A stretch of 64,000 nt of DNA from Mesotaenium endlicherianum. Its lineage: Eukaryota. The translations under genes were made by a program, and so were the position numbers. Shown in pieces: positions 1 through 8,893 of the stretch. The DNA lies in the NCBI GenBank assembly GCA_009602735.1, contig WELA01002708.1, positions 62,001-126,000 on the forward strand. The letters run 5' to 3'. The number at the start of each line of letters is the position of its first letter. The first letter of the stretch is position 1. A model generated the notes under the pieces. It made no database searches. It worked only from the letters and a program-made list of their open reading frames with translations, and was not told where the DNA came from.

Positions 1-603
1 GTAACAGCTGCCTATGATGGTTTGATGGGAAAAAAACTGGCTGTTAACAGGTCATACGATATCATTATCACCGATATCATACTACCCAACCTGAATGGAA
101 TCGACCTGTGCAAAGAGATCAGGCGCGTTAAGCCCGATGTGCCCATTATCATGCTCACAGCCCTTGGTACCACCGACGATAAAGTAGAAGGATTTGATGC
201 CGGCGCCGACGATTACCTGGTAAAACCCTTTGAACTGCGGGAATTATTGGTAAGGATACGGGCATTGCTGAAAAGAAGCGCTTCCAATAACCAGGTGCAG
301 GGATTCATATTGCGGTATGCCGATATAGAAATGAACATGCATACCAAAATTGTAAAACGAAACAACAAAGAAATTGAGCTGACGCCAAAAGAATTGAAGT
401 TGCTCGAATACATGATGCAAAACCCTGAAAGGGTGCTGAGCAGAACAGAGATCGCAGAAAAGGTTTGGGATACTTCTTTCGATACCGGCACCAATTTCAT
501 TGACGTGTACATCAATTACCTGCGGAAAAAGATTGATAAAGACTTCGATACCAAATTGATCCATACCAAATCGGGACTCGGGTTCATCTTCAAAAAAGAG
601 TAA
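1..603 (+). CDS. OmpR/PhoB-family response regulator (5' end lies before the window)
   Basis: Frame is open from base 1 (VTAAYDGLMGKK...). Receiver motifs DIILP, MLTA and GADDYLVKPF. Winged-helix end LTPKE...NFIDVYINYLRKKID...IHTKSGLGF. Confidence 0.95.
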   Translation, partial: VTAAYDGLMGKKLAVNRSYDIIITDIILPNLNGIDLCKEIRRVKPDVPIIMLTALGTTDDKVEGFDAGADDYLVKPFELRELLVRIRALLKRSASNNQVQGFILRYADIEMNMHTKIVKRNNKEIELTPKELKLLEYMMQNPERVLSRTEIAEKVWDTSFDTGTNFIDVYINYLRKKIDKDFDTKLIHTKSGLGFIFKKE

Positions 604-604
604 T

Positions 605-1972
605 ATGCAGATCAGGACCAGGCTAACATTATTGTTCACTGCGCTGACAGCGGCCATTTTGCTGGCTTTTGCCCTGATCGTATATGTTTCTTTCTCCCGA
701 ACAAGGGAAGATGAATATTATAAAAGGCTCAAACAACAAGCTACCATCAAAGCCAACCTGCTGTTTGATACGAAAATCGATCCGGGCGTATTGCAGTTGA
801 TTTACAAGAACACATCCGATCCTTTATTCCAGGAAGAAGTAGCTATTTATGATACAGGTTTTCATTTATTGTACCACGATGCGGTAGATATCGATAAAGT
901 GAAAGAGACCCGGGACATGATTGATCAGACCATTGCACAGAAAGAGCTCCGGTTCTATGTAAAAGACATGCAGGTGGTGGCATTCGTTTATACGCGTAAA
1001 GATCATACTTATGTAATCACTGCCGCGGCCAAAGATGGCAATGGACTGGCCAAACTGGCGGCCTTGCGCAATACCCTGCTGGTGGTATTCGTAGGCGCCA
1101 TTGTACTGATTTTTTTGGCAGGCCGTTTTTTGGCCCGTCAATCACTGAATCCCGTAGCCGCAATGGTAGACAAGGTGAAAACCATTACGGCCACCAACCT
1201 CGATTTCAGGGTGGCCGAGGGCAACCGGAAAGATGAGATCGCTTCCCTGGCCATCACCTTCAATGAAATGCTCAACCGCCTGGAAAATTCATTCGACGCC
1301 CAGAAACATTTTGTATCGAATATCTCCCATGAATTGAGAACGCCGCTGACTGCCATGCTTACAGAGCTGCAACTGACTGTATCGAAAGAAAGAAGCAATG
1401 AAGAATACAAAGCGGCGATCACACATATTATAGGTGATACCAAAAAGATCATTCGCCTTTCCAACAGCCTGCTCGACTTGGCAAAAGCCAGTTATGATCA
1501 AACCGAAATAGCGTTCAAAGAACTGCGGATAGACGAGGTACTGCTCGACGCCCGTAACGATGTGCTGCACAACCAGCCCGATGTGAGCATCAATATCCGT
1601 TTTGAAAAAGAGATCGAAAACGATGATTTCGTTTCAGTGCAGGGCAATGAATACCTGCTGAAAGCTGCTTTCAGCAACTTAATGGAAAATGGCTGTAAAT
1701 TCTCGGCGAATAAACAATGTACTGCTTCTATCTCGTACGATCAACAACATGTGATCCTGCATTTTACCGATACAGGTATAGGAATCCCACCCGATGAGCT
1801 GGCACATATTTTTACCCCTTTTTATAGGGGAAAGAATAAACAATTTACCGATGGCAATGGCATCGGTCTTCCATTAACGCAAAAGATCATTGGATTGCAC
1901 AATGGTACTATTACGGTGCATTCAAAAGAAGGAGAAGGCACTACATTTGTCGTTACTTTCAAGCATGTTTAA
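605..1972 (+). CDS. Sensor histidine kinase (2 TM, HAMP, HisKA, HATPase)
   Basis: Two hydrophobic helices, HAMP (DEIASLAITFNEML), H-box SHELRTPL, N-box NLMENGCKFS, G boxes DTGIGI and GNGIGL. Starts 1 nt after the regulator stop. Confidence 0.95.
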   Translation: MQIRTRLTLLFTALTAAILLAFALIVYVSFSRTREDEYYKRLKQQATIKANLLFDTKIDPGVLQLIYKNTSDPLFQEEVAIYDTGFHLLYHDAVDIDKVKETRDMIDQTIAQKELRFYVKDMQVVAFVYTRKDHTYVITAAAKDGNGLAKLAALRNTLLVVFVGAIVLIFLAGRFLARQSLNPVAAMVDKVKTITATNLDFRVAEGNRKDEIASLAITFNEMLNRLENSFDAQKHFVSNISHELRTPLTAMLTELQLTVSKERSNEEYKAAITHIIGDTKKIIRLSNSLLDLAKASYDQTEIAFKELRIDEVLLDARNDVLHNQPDVSINIRFEKEIENDDFVSVQGNEYLLKAAFSNLMENGCKFSANKQCTASISYDQQHVILHFTDTGIGIPPDELAHIFTPFYRGKNKQFTDGNGIGLPLTQKIIGLHNGTITVHSKEGEGTTFVVTFKHV

Positions 1973-2030
1973 CCAGTCCAACAAGAGAACCATCCTAAAC
2001 CGGGAAAGTCATTCCATTCTTTGAGATAAC

Positions 2031-2069
2031 TTCTAATTTTTTTCTAATAAATTTCTAAAAGCGCTCTAA
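2031..2069 (+). promoter_or_regulatory. Four (T/C)TCTAA direct repeats at 11-bp period, a putative OmpR-family regulator binding array
   Basis: TTCTAA at 2031, 2042 and 2053, and CTCTAA at 2064, just upstream of a -7 box. Confidence 0.75.
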
Positions 2070-2092
2070 CAGCCTTTTTATCAAGGCTTAAC

Positions 2093-2100
2093 TACTTTTG
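2093..2100 (+). promoter_or_regulatory. Bacteroidota -7 promoter box for the mgtC-mgtA operon
   Basis: TACTTTTG is an exact match to TAnnTTTG, 128 nt before the mgtC start. Confidence 0.7.
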
Positions 2101-2126
2101 CGCTGTCAAAAACAAATTGACCACAA

Positions 2127-2171
2127 ATGGATGCAGACCCTTATTCTTTAAACGGTAGCCACCACTCCTAA
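2127..2171 (+). CDS. Putative 14-aa leader peptide MDADPYSLNGSHHS upstream of mgtC
   Basis: ATG at 2127 follows an A-rich tract; TAA at 2169-2171; lies inside the predicted 5' UTR. Confidence 0.4.
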   Translation: MDADPYSLNGSHHS

Positions 2172-2228
2172 CCTGCCCCGCTTTTGCTGTGCAGCATTGG
2201 AGCATGATGACTGCACAAATGAACAGCA

Positions 2229-2939
2229 ATGAGCGTTTTCGACTTTACTTTAAGACTCGCCCTGGCCCATGTATTGGGTGCTATTATTGGAATTGAGCGT
2301 CAATGGCGCCAAAAAAGCGCCGGCCTCCGAACCAATACCCTGGTAAGTACAGGCGCTGCTGCATTCATCCTGTTATCGCTTTCACTCACCGGTTCCAGTG
2401 GCGATCCGAGCCGTGTGGCATCACAAATTGTAACAGGTATTGGTTTCCTGGGAGCAGGTGTGATCATGAAAGACGGCATGAGTGTTCAGGGATTGAATAC
2501 AGCCGCTACCATCTGGTGCTCCGCAGCAGTAGGCTCACTCGCCGGAGTAGGGCTGCCCATTCAGGCAATAGTGCTCACTGCAGCAGTAGTACTCACACAC
2601 TTGTTGTTGCGGCCGCTGGGCAACAGGCTGAGCAAATTCTCATTTACCCCATCGGAAGATATGCAAACAGAATACCTGTTTACCATCAAATGCAAACAGG
2701 AAGTGGAAAACCATATCCGGGTATTGCTCATGCAGTACCTGGGTAATGATGACAGGCTGCTGTTGCGATCCCTGACCAGCAGTGACAATGGTGACCCGTC
2801 CAATGCCATCATCGCCGCTGAAATCAAAACATTGTCGCCACAGGAAGTATTGATAGAAAAAGTAGCCAGCCGGCTCACCATCGAAAGAGATGTTACGAAA
2901 GTAAGCTGGGAGGTTACAGGACAACAAACTGATGTATAA
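2229..2939 (+). CDS. mgtC: MgtC/SapB family protein
   Basis: GIERQWRQKSAGLRTNTLV, SRVASQIVTGIGFLGAG and GLNTAATIW motifs, plus a C-terminal ACT-like domain. Confidence 0.93.
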   Translation: MSVFDFTLRLALAHVLGAIIGIERQWRQKSAGLRTNTLVSTGAAAFILLSLSLTGSSGDPSRVASQIVTGIGFLGAGVIMKDGMSVQGLNTAATIWCSAAVGSLAGVGLPIQAIVLTAAVVLTHLLLRPLGNRLSKFSFTPSEDMQTEYLFTIKCKQEVENHIRVLLMQYLGNDDRLLLRSLTSSDNGDPSNAIIAAEIKTLSPQEVLIEKVASRLTIERDVTKVSWEVTGQQTDV

Positions 2940-3136
2940 TGAAAACACACATTGATTGGTTCAAAGCCATCGTACTGTTAGCCGTGTTGATATTCTTAAC
3001 AGATATGAACCTGGCATGGTACAAACATCCGATGAACAATATACCAGTATTGAAGTATAGCATTATCGCATTATCAACATTGCTGTTCGTTATGATCGTA
3101 CTGAATTTCATAGGTAAGAAAAAAACAAAAAAATAA
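2939..3136 (+). CDS. 65-aa two-helix membrane microprotein of unknown function
   Basis: TAATG overlap with the mgtC stop, two hydrophobic stretches, Lys-rich tail, ends 4 nt before mgtA. Confidence 0.7.
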   Translation: MKTHIDWFKAIVLLAVLIFLTDMNLAWYKHPMNNIPVLKYSIIALSTLLFVMIVLNFIGKKKTKK

Positions 3137-3140
3137 TCGC

Positions 3141-5846
3141 ATGCTCTCCACTGTAAAAGATAATATAAGGAACAGGTTTCATTTTTCTATCAATGGAAAT
3201 GGGATCAACGAAGGCGCTGTTCAGAAACTCAAGCTCGTGAGCAGCAACGACAGCGACTATTTTTTCCATATCATGGAAAGTAACAACGCCGGGTTGAGCG
3301 ATGCACAGGTAACCGATAAGCTCAAAACCGTTGGTTTGAATGAAGTGCAGCACGAAAAAGCTCCTTCCTGGTTCCGTCAATTGATGCAGGCGTTCGTGAA
3401 CCCGTTCATTGGCATATTGGTGGTGATTGCCATCATTTCATTCATCATGGATGTATGGATGGCCAAGCCGGGAGAAGAAGCATACAAAACGGTGATCATG
3501 GTGGGTGTGATGGTAATGGTGAGTTCCCTGCTGCGTTTCGTACAGGAATACAGGAGCAACCGGGCAGCAGAACAATTGAAGAGCATGGTAAAAACCACGG
3601 CCACCGTGATCAGGCGGCCGGAAGGCAAAACAGAAGTGGATATCAAAAACCTGGTGCCTGGTGATATCATCCTGCTTTCTGCCGGCGACATGATCCCTGC
3701 CGATTGCCGTATCATTCAATCGAAAGACCTGTTTGTTAGCCAGGCCATGCTTACCGGTGAATCATTGCCCGTAGAAAAAAGAAATATTCCCATCCGTGAT
3801 GCAGATAAGAAGTCGCCACAGGAACTGGATAACATTTGCTTTATGGGAACGAATGTGGTGAGTGGTACAGCCACTGCCATAGTGGTAACTACCGGCAACC
3901 AAACCTATTTTGGTTCATTAAGCAAATCGATCATTGGCAAAAGAGCAGAAACCAGTTTTGATAAAGGCGTGAACAAAGTGAGTTACCTGCTCATCAGTTT
4001 CATGCTGGTGATGGTACCGCTCATCCTCGTAATCAACGGATTGATGAAAGGCAACTGGATGGAAGCGCTCCTGTTTGCCATTGCTGTGGCCGTTGGGTTA
4101 ACACCTGAAATGCTGCCCATGATTGTAACAGCCAACCTGGCCAAAGGCGCCGTGAACATGAGCAAACGCAAAGTGATCGTTAAACGCCTGAATGCCATCC
4201 AGAACATAGGCGCCATGGATGTATTCTGCACCGATAAAACAGGCACGCTTACCCTGGATAAGATCGTACTGGAACGCCACCTGAACATGTTTGGAGAAGA
4301 AGATGAAGAAGTATTGAAATGGGCCTACCTGAACAGTTATCACCAAACAGGTTTGAAAAACCTGCTGGATCTGGCTGTGCTGGAGCACGTAGAACTTCAC
4401 GATTATTTAAAAGTGGAAGACCACTTCCTGAAAGTAGATGAAATACCTTTCGATTTCCAGCGCAGGCGCATGTCGGTTGTGTTGAAACAGCACAATGGCA
4501 AGCACCTGCTCATTTGCAAGGGAGCTGTGGAAGAAATGCTGGACCTGTGCAACAGGGCTTTTGATCCGGGTGAAAACAGGCAGTTGCATATAGAATCAGA
4601 CAGGGTGATCCCTATGGATGCAGAGATGCGCTCCATTGTATTGAGTACATCCAAAAGGCTGAACGAAGAAGGACTGCGTGTGTTACTGGTAGCCATCCGC
4701 GAATTCGATGACAGGGCGCTCACCTATTCTGTGGAAGACGAGAAAGACATGATCCTGACCGGCTTCATCGGCTTCCTCGATCCGGCCAAACCATCTGCCA
4801 AAACATCTATCGAAGCCTTGCAGAAACTGGGTGTAAGTGTAAAAGTACTTACCGGAGACAACGAAGTGGTGACCAAGAAGATATGCCGCGATGTAGGTAT
4901 TTCTTTCGATAGGATCATGCTGGGCAGCGACCTGGAAAAAATGACCGACGAAGCATTGCAGAACCAGATAGATGATATAGCCATACTGGCCAAACTGAGC
5001 CCCATGCAAAAGTCCAGGGTGGTAAAAGTATTACAGGCAAAAGGTCATACAGTTGGTTTCATGGGCGATGGCATCAATGATGCGGCAGCTTTAAGAGACG
5101 CAGATGTAGGCATCAGTGTAGATACAGCGGTGGACATTGCCAAAGAAAGTGCGGACATCATTTTACTGGAAAAAGACCTGATGGTATTAAGGAAAGGAGT
5201 GATCTACGGCCGGCGAACTTTCGGAAACATCATCAAGTACATCAAAATGACTGCGAGCAGTAATTTCGGTAACATGTTCAGCATGTTGGGAGCCAGTGCT
5301 TTCCTCCCCTTCCTGCCCATGCTGCCGGTACAATTGCTGGTACAGAATCTCTTATATGATATTTCGCAGGTATCCATCCCCTGGGACAAAATGGATGAAG
5401 AGTTCCTGCAAAAGCCCAAAAAATGGGATGCTTCAGGCATATCACGGTTCATGGTTTTCATCGGACCCATCAGTTCCATATTCGATTACGCTACTTTCGC
5501 ACTCATGTTTTTCTTTTTTAAAGCCAATTTGCCGGAACACCAATCGTTGTTCCAGAGCGGGTGGTTTATAGAAGGGCTGCTTTCCCAAACATTGATCGTG
5601 CACATGATCAGAACCCGTAAAATTCCTTTCATACAAAGCTGGGCGGCTGCACCGGTGGTGGCATTGACTTCTATTATCATGCTCATTGGCATTGTACTTC
5701 CGTTCACTCCATTTGCCGCAGCACTGAGGCTGCAACCTGTTCCATTTGCCTATTTCCCATGGCTGGTATTGATCCTCACCAGTTATTGTTTGCTCACGCA
5801 AGCGGTTAAAAACTGGTACATACGGAAATTCCACCAATGGTTGTAA
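3141..5846 (+). CDS. mgtA: Magnesium-translocating P-type ATPase
   Basis: TGES, PEMLP, DKTGTLT, KGAVEEML, MGDGINDA, SSNFGN and QNLLYD motifs of type IIIB P-type ATPases. Confidence 0.96.
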   Translation: MLSTVKDNIRNRFHFSINGNGINEGAVQKLKLVSSNDSDYFFHIMESNNAGLSDAQVTDKLKTVGLNEVQHEKAPSWFRQLMQAFVNPFIGILVVIAIISFIMDVWMAKPGEEAYKTVIMVGVMVMVSSLLRFVQEYRSNRAAEQLKSMVKTTATVIRRPEGKTEVDIKNLVPGDIILLSAGDMIPADCRIIQSKDLFVSQAMLTGESLPVEKRNIPIRDADKKSPQELDNICFMGTNVVSGTATAIVVTTGNQTYFGSLSKSIIGKRAETSFDKGVNKVSYLLISFMLVMVPLILVINGLMKGNWMEALLFAIAVAVGLTPEMLPMIVTANLAKGAVNMSKRKVIVKRLNAIQNIGAMDVFCTDKTGTLTLDKIVLERHLNMFGEEDEEVLKWAYLNSYHQTGLKNLLDLAVLEHVELHDYLKVEDHFLKVDEIPFDFQRRRMSVVLKQHNGKHLLICKGAVEEMLDLCNRAFDPGENRQLHIESDRVIPMDAEMRSIVLSTSKRLNEEGLRVLLVAIREFDDRALTYSVEDEKDMILTGFIGFLDPAKPSAKTSIEALQKLGVSVKVLTGDNEVVTKKICRDVGISFDRIMLGSDLEKMTDEALQNQIDDIAILAKLSPMQKSRVVKVLQAKGHTVGFMGDGINDAAALRDADVGISVDTAVDIAKESADIILLEKDLMVLRKGVIYGRRTFGNIIKYIKMTASSNFGNMFSMLGASAFLPFLPMLPVQLLVQNLLYDISQVSIPWDKMDEEFLQKPKKWDASGISRFMVFIGPISSIFDYATFALMFFFFKANLPEHQSLFQSGWFIEGLLSQTLIVHMIRTRKIPFIQSWAAAPVVALTSIIMLIGIVLPFTPFAAALRLQPVPFAYFPWLVLILTSYCLLTQAVKNWYIRKFHQWL

Positions 5847-5901
5847 TGAAAGGATGCACGACGAATCAACCTAAACTATTGAACAGAAAAAAACGACTGG
5901 C

Positions 5902-7248
5902 ATGAAAAAATTGATTGTATTGTTCGCTATGATAACAAGTTTGGTAACACATGTAAAAGCACAGGAAAATACAGATACCAGTAAAAAAAGCAAATGGAGC
6001 AGCCACTTTCAGTTGACTGTGATTGCACAAAAACATGCGGGATTCCATGCTGCTTACAGCGGAGATAAAAGCCTGGCAGATACTGTTGAACCCATTGCTA
6101 CCAGCCTCACCACTACCCTGTTCCTGGGAAGAAAATTGTGGAAAGGTGCTGCACTCTATTTCAACCCGGAAATATCAGGCGGTAACGGACTCAGTTTTGC
6201 CCAGGGGGTAGCAGGCGCGTTGAATGGCGAAACCTACCGTGTGGGAGCTGTTAAACCACAAGTTTTTATTGCCAGGGCTTATCTGCAACAACGATTTCCC
6301 CTGGCCGATGCAAAATATGTTGATGTGGCAGATGATGTAAACCAGGTAGCCGATAAAATTCCGGACAGCCGCATTACCATTACAGCAGGGAAATATGCGA
6401 TCAGTGATTTTTATGATGACAATGCTTACAGCAAAGACCCCCGTTCCCAATTCTCTAACTGGGCCATCTGGGCAAATGGCGCCTGGGATTATCCTGCCAA
6501 TACGAGGGGTTATACCATGGGCGTGGTAGTGGAGTTGATCAAACCCCGATGGGCGGTCAGGTTATCCACTGTTGCCGTTCCCAGGATTGCCAATGCTTCC
6601 AAAATGGAGTACGATATGAGCAGGGCGCATTCCGAGACTTTTGAATATGAGCGTAAATGGACAGTTCGTAAGCATCCCGGTAGTGCACGCCTGATCCTCA
6701 GCAATACACATTCAAAAGCCCCTTCCTATCAAAGCGGTTTGAAAGCGGTTGCCAACAGCGATGCCTTTCTGTTATCAGTTATTTCAGGCGATAGTGAAAA
6801 CACTTCTTATGGAGGAAAAAAATTTGGCTGGGGCGCAAGTGCCGACCAGGAAATTACCAAAGACCTGGGTATTTTTTCGCGGATCGGCTGGAATGATGGT
6901 AAATATGCCACATGGGCTTTCACTGAAATCGACCGTACTTTTTGTCTGGGCTTATCCCTTAAAGGAAACAGGTGGAAAAGACCTGAAGACGTATTCGGAC
7001 TCGCAGCAGTTGTCAGCGGTATATCAGACGAGCACCGCGCTTTTCTCAAAGCAGGCGGCTATGGTTTCATCATTGGTGACGGTAACCTGAATTACGGAAA
7101 GGAAGCCATTGTAGAAACATTTTACAATGCACGCCTGTCAAAACAATTCTGGTTGAGTGTGAATTATCAGTTTGTGAACAACCCGGGTTATAACAAAGAC
7201 AGGGGACCTGTGCATGTATTCGGTGTACGTGCTCACATAGAGTTTTAA
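5902..7248 (+). CDS. OprB/MnoP-like outer-membrane porin
   Basis: Signal peptide (..VKA/QE), GAWDYPANTRGYT, NPGYNKDRGPV and a C-terminal Phe typical of beta-barrels. Confidence 0.8.
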   Translation: MKKLIVLFAMITSLVTHVKAQENTDTSKKSKWSSHFQLTVIAQKHAGFHAAYSGDKSLADTVEPIATSLTTTLFLGRKLWKGAALYFNPEISGGNGLSFAQGVAGALNGETYRVGAVKPQVFIARAYLQQRFPLADAKYVDVADDVNQVADKIPDSRITITAGKYAISDFYDDNAYSKDPRSQFSNWAIWANGAWDYPANTRGYTMGVVVELIKPRWAVRLSTVAVPRIANASKMEYDMSRAHSETFEYERKWTVRKHPGSARLILSNTHSKAPSYQSGLKAVANSDAFLLSVISGDSENTSYGGKKFGWGASADQEITKDLGIFSRIGWNDGKYATWAFTEIDRTFCLGLSLKGNRWKRPEDVFGLAAVVSGISDEHRAFLKAGGYGFIIGDGNLNYGKEAIVETFYNARLSKQFWLSVNYQFVNNPGYNKDRGPVHVFGVRAHIEF

Positions 7249-7255
7249 GTGTAAC

Positions 7256-8866
7256 TCATTCTCTGATCACCGTTCTGCGCAGTTCCAGCAAGTTCAGCGC
7301 ATTGGGTTCAAAACCGTTCACGTTGTTTTGTACCAGGTGAATGGCCATATCGTACCAGATGGGGATCACGGGCGCATCATTGATCACCAGCTGGTCCATT
7401 TGCCGGTATAAAACATAGCGCAACGAATCATTGGTTTCGAGCAGAGCCTTTTCATACAAGGCATCGAAAGCAGGATTCCGGTAACGCGTGTAATTGGGTG
7501 GTGCAGGGTTCTTGCTGTAGAACATCGCCATATAATTCTCCGCATCGGGATAGTCGGCGATCCAGCTTCCGCGAAACAGCAACGCTTGTGATTTGGCAGT
7601 CTGCTCCAGCAGCAAACTTTTTTGTATCACTTCCACCTGTACGCGAATACCTACTTCTTCCCATTGCCGTGCAGCAAAACTGGCAATATCTGCATAGATG
7701 GGAATGGTAAGCAGCTTCATCACCGGTAAACTCTTGCCACCAGGATAACCGGCTTCATTCAATAATTTTTTGGCTGCTACAGGATCATAAGGATAGCCCT
7801 TTACCAATTCGGTATTGTGCGATGGTAACCCGCCCGGCACAAAACCCGCTTCTGCGGGAATACCAATAGAATTGCGCATGTACATCATCAACTTCTGCCG
7901 GTCGAGCGCATAATTCATGGCCTGCCTTATGGCTTTCATTTTTGTGGGCGATTCTTGCACCAGCGGGTTTTGTTCATCGGATAAAATGCCAAAATATTCT
8001 GTATTGAGATAAGCATGTTTTTTCAATTGGATCTTTGATGCCCACTGCGAACGCAGCGCTCCTTTCTTTGTCAATATCTCGTCTTTGAATGATGGATCGA
8101 TATCATTGATAAAACTCAGTCCGCCCTGCCTGAACTGCAGGAACTCCGTGGCTTTGTTATCGAAGAAACTGATCTTGACAGCATCGAGATAAGGCAATGC
8201 ATGACCGGTATTGTCTTTTTCCCAATAGTGCGCATTCTTCAATAATACCAACGCTTCTCCTTCATCCCATGATTTGAACACGAAGGGGCCGCTACCGCAT
8301 GGATGCCTGCCAAAATCTTTTCCATATTTTTCCACCACTTCCTTCGGAACGATGCTGCAATACTGCATGCTTAGAATACCCATGATGGGATGGAAAGGCC
8401 GTACCAGCGTTAACTGAAAAGTAGAATCATTCACCGCAATAAAACCATTGTCTGTCTTTATACGGCCATTGAATATCCAGGCCCCGCTGCTGGCAGTCTG
8501 GTGGTCGATGATCCTGTTGAAACTGTATGCCACATCCGCTGCCACTACTCTTCTGCCTTCCCCGCCGGGGAATACTGCATTATCGTGAAAGAAAACATCG
8601 TTGCGCAAATGGAAAGTATAGGTGCGGCGGTCGGCACTGATATCCCAACGCTTCGCAACAGAAGGGATGATATTCAGTCCGCTGTCTATTTCCACCAGTG
8701 TATTGTAGAGCTGGTGCACAGGCCACATGATGGCCTGGTTTTTGGCAAAAGCCGGATCCAGAGTGGCAATACCGGTAGACTCATTGTAATAAAATACCTG
8801 TTTGGCTGCCTGCCGGTGATGCATACAGGAAGCCAGTAATAAACAAATGGCCAGACAGTTTCTCAT
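7256..8866 (-). CDS. ABC transporter family-5 (peptide/nickel-type) substrate-binding lipoprotein
   Basis: Lipobox LASC, TLDPA, YTFHLRNDVFFHD, GSGPF and WIADYPD. Confidence 0.9.
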   Translation of the reverse strand: MRNCLAICLLLASCMHHRQAAKQVFYYNESTGIATLDPAFAKNQAIMWPVHQLYNTLVEIDSGLNIIPSVAKRWDISADRRTYTFHLRNDVFFHDNAVFPGGEGRRVVAADVAYSFNRIIDHQTASSGAWIFNGRIKTDNGFIAVNDSTFQLTLVRPFHPIMGILSMQYCSIVPKEVVEKYGKDFGRHPCGSGPFVFKSWDEGEALVLLKNAHYWEKDNTGHALPYLDAVKISFFDNKATEFLQFRQGGLSFINDIDPSFKDEILTKKGALRSQWASKIQLKKHAYLNTEYFGILSDEQNPLVQESPTKMKAIRQAMNYALDRQKLMMYMRNSIGIPAEAGFVPGGLPSHNTELVKGYPYDPVAAKKLLNEAGYPGGKSLPVMKLLTIPIYADIASFAARQWEEVGIRVQVEVIQKSLLLEQTAKSQALLFRGSWIADYPDAENYMAMFYSKNPAPPNYTRYRNPAFDALYEKALLETNDSLRYVLYRQMDQLVINDAPVIPIWYDMAIHLVQNNVNGFEPNALNLLELRRTVIRE

Positions 8867-8893
8867 TTTTTCTGAATACCGTACTTTTAGCGA

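Noticed and set aside
2101..2228. M-box (ykoK) Mg2+ riboswitch in the mgtC leader
   Set aside because: The leader appears too short and I could not recognise the M-box core. An Rfam/Infernal search would be decisive.
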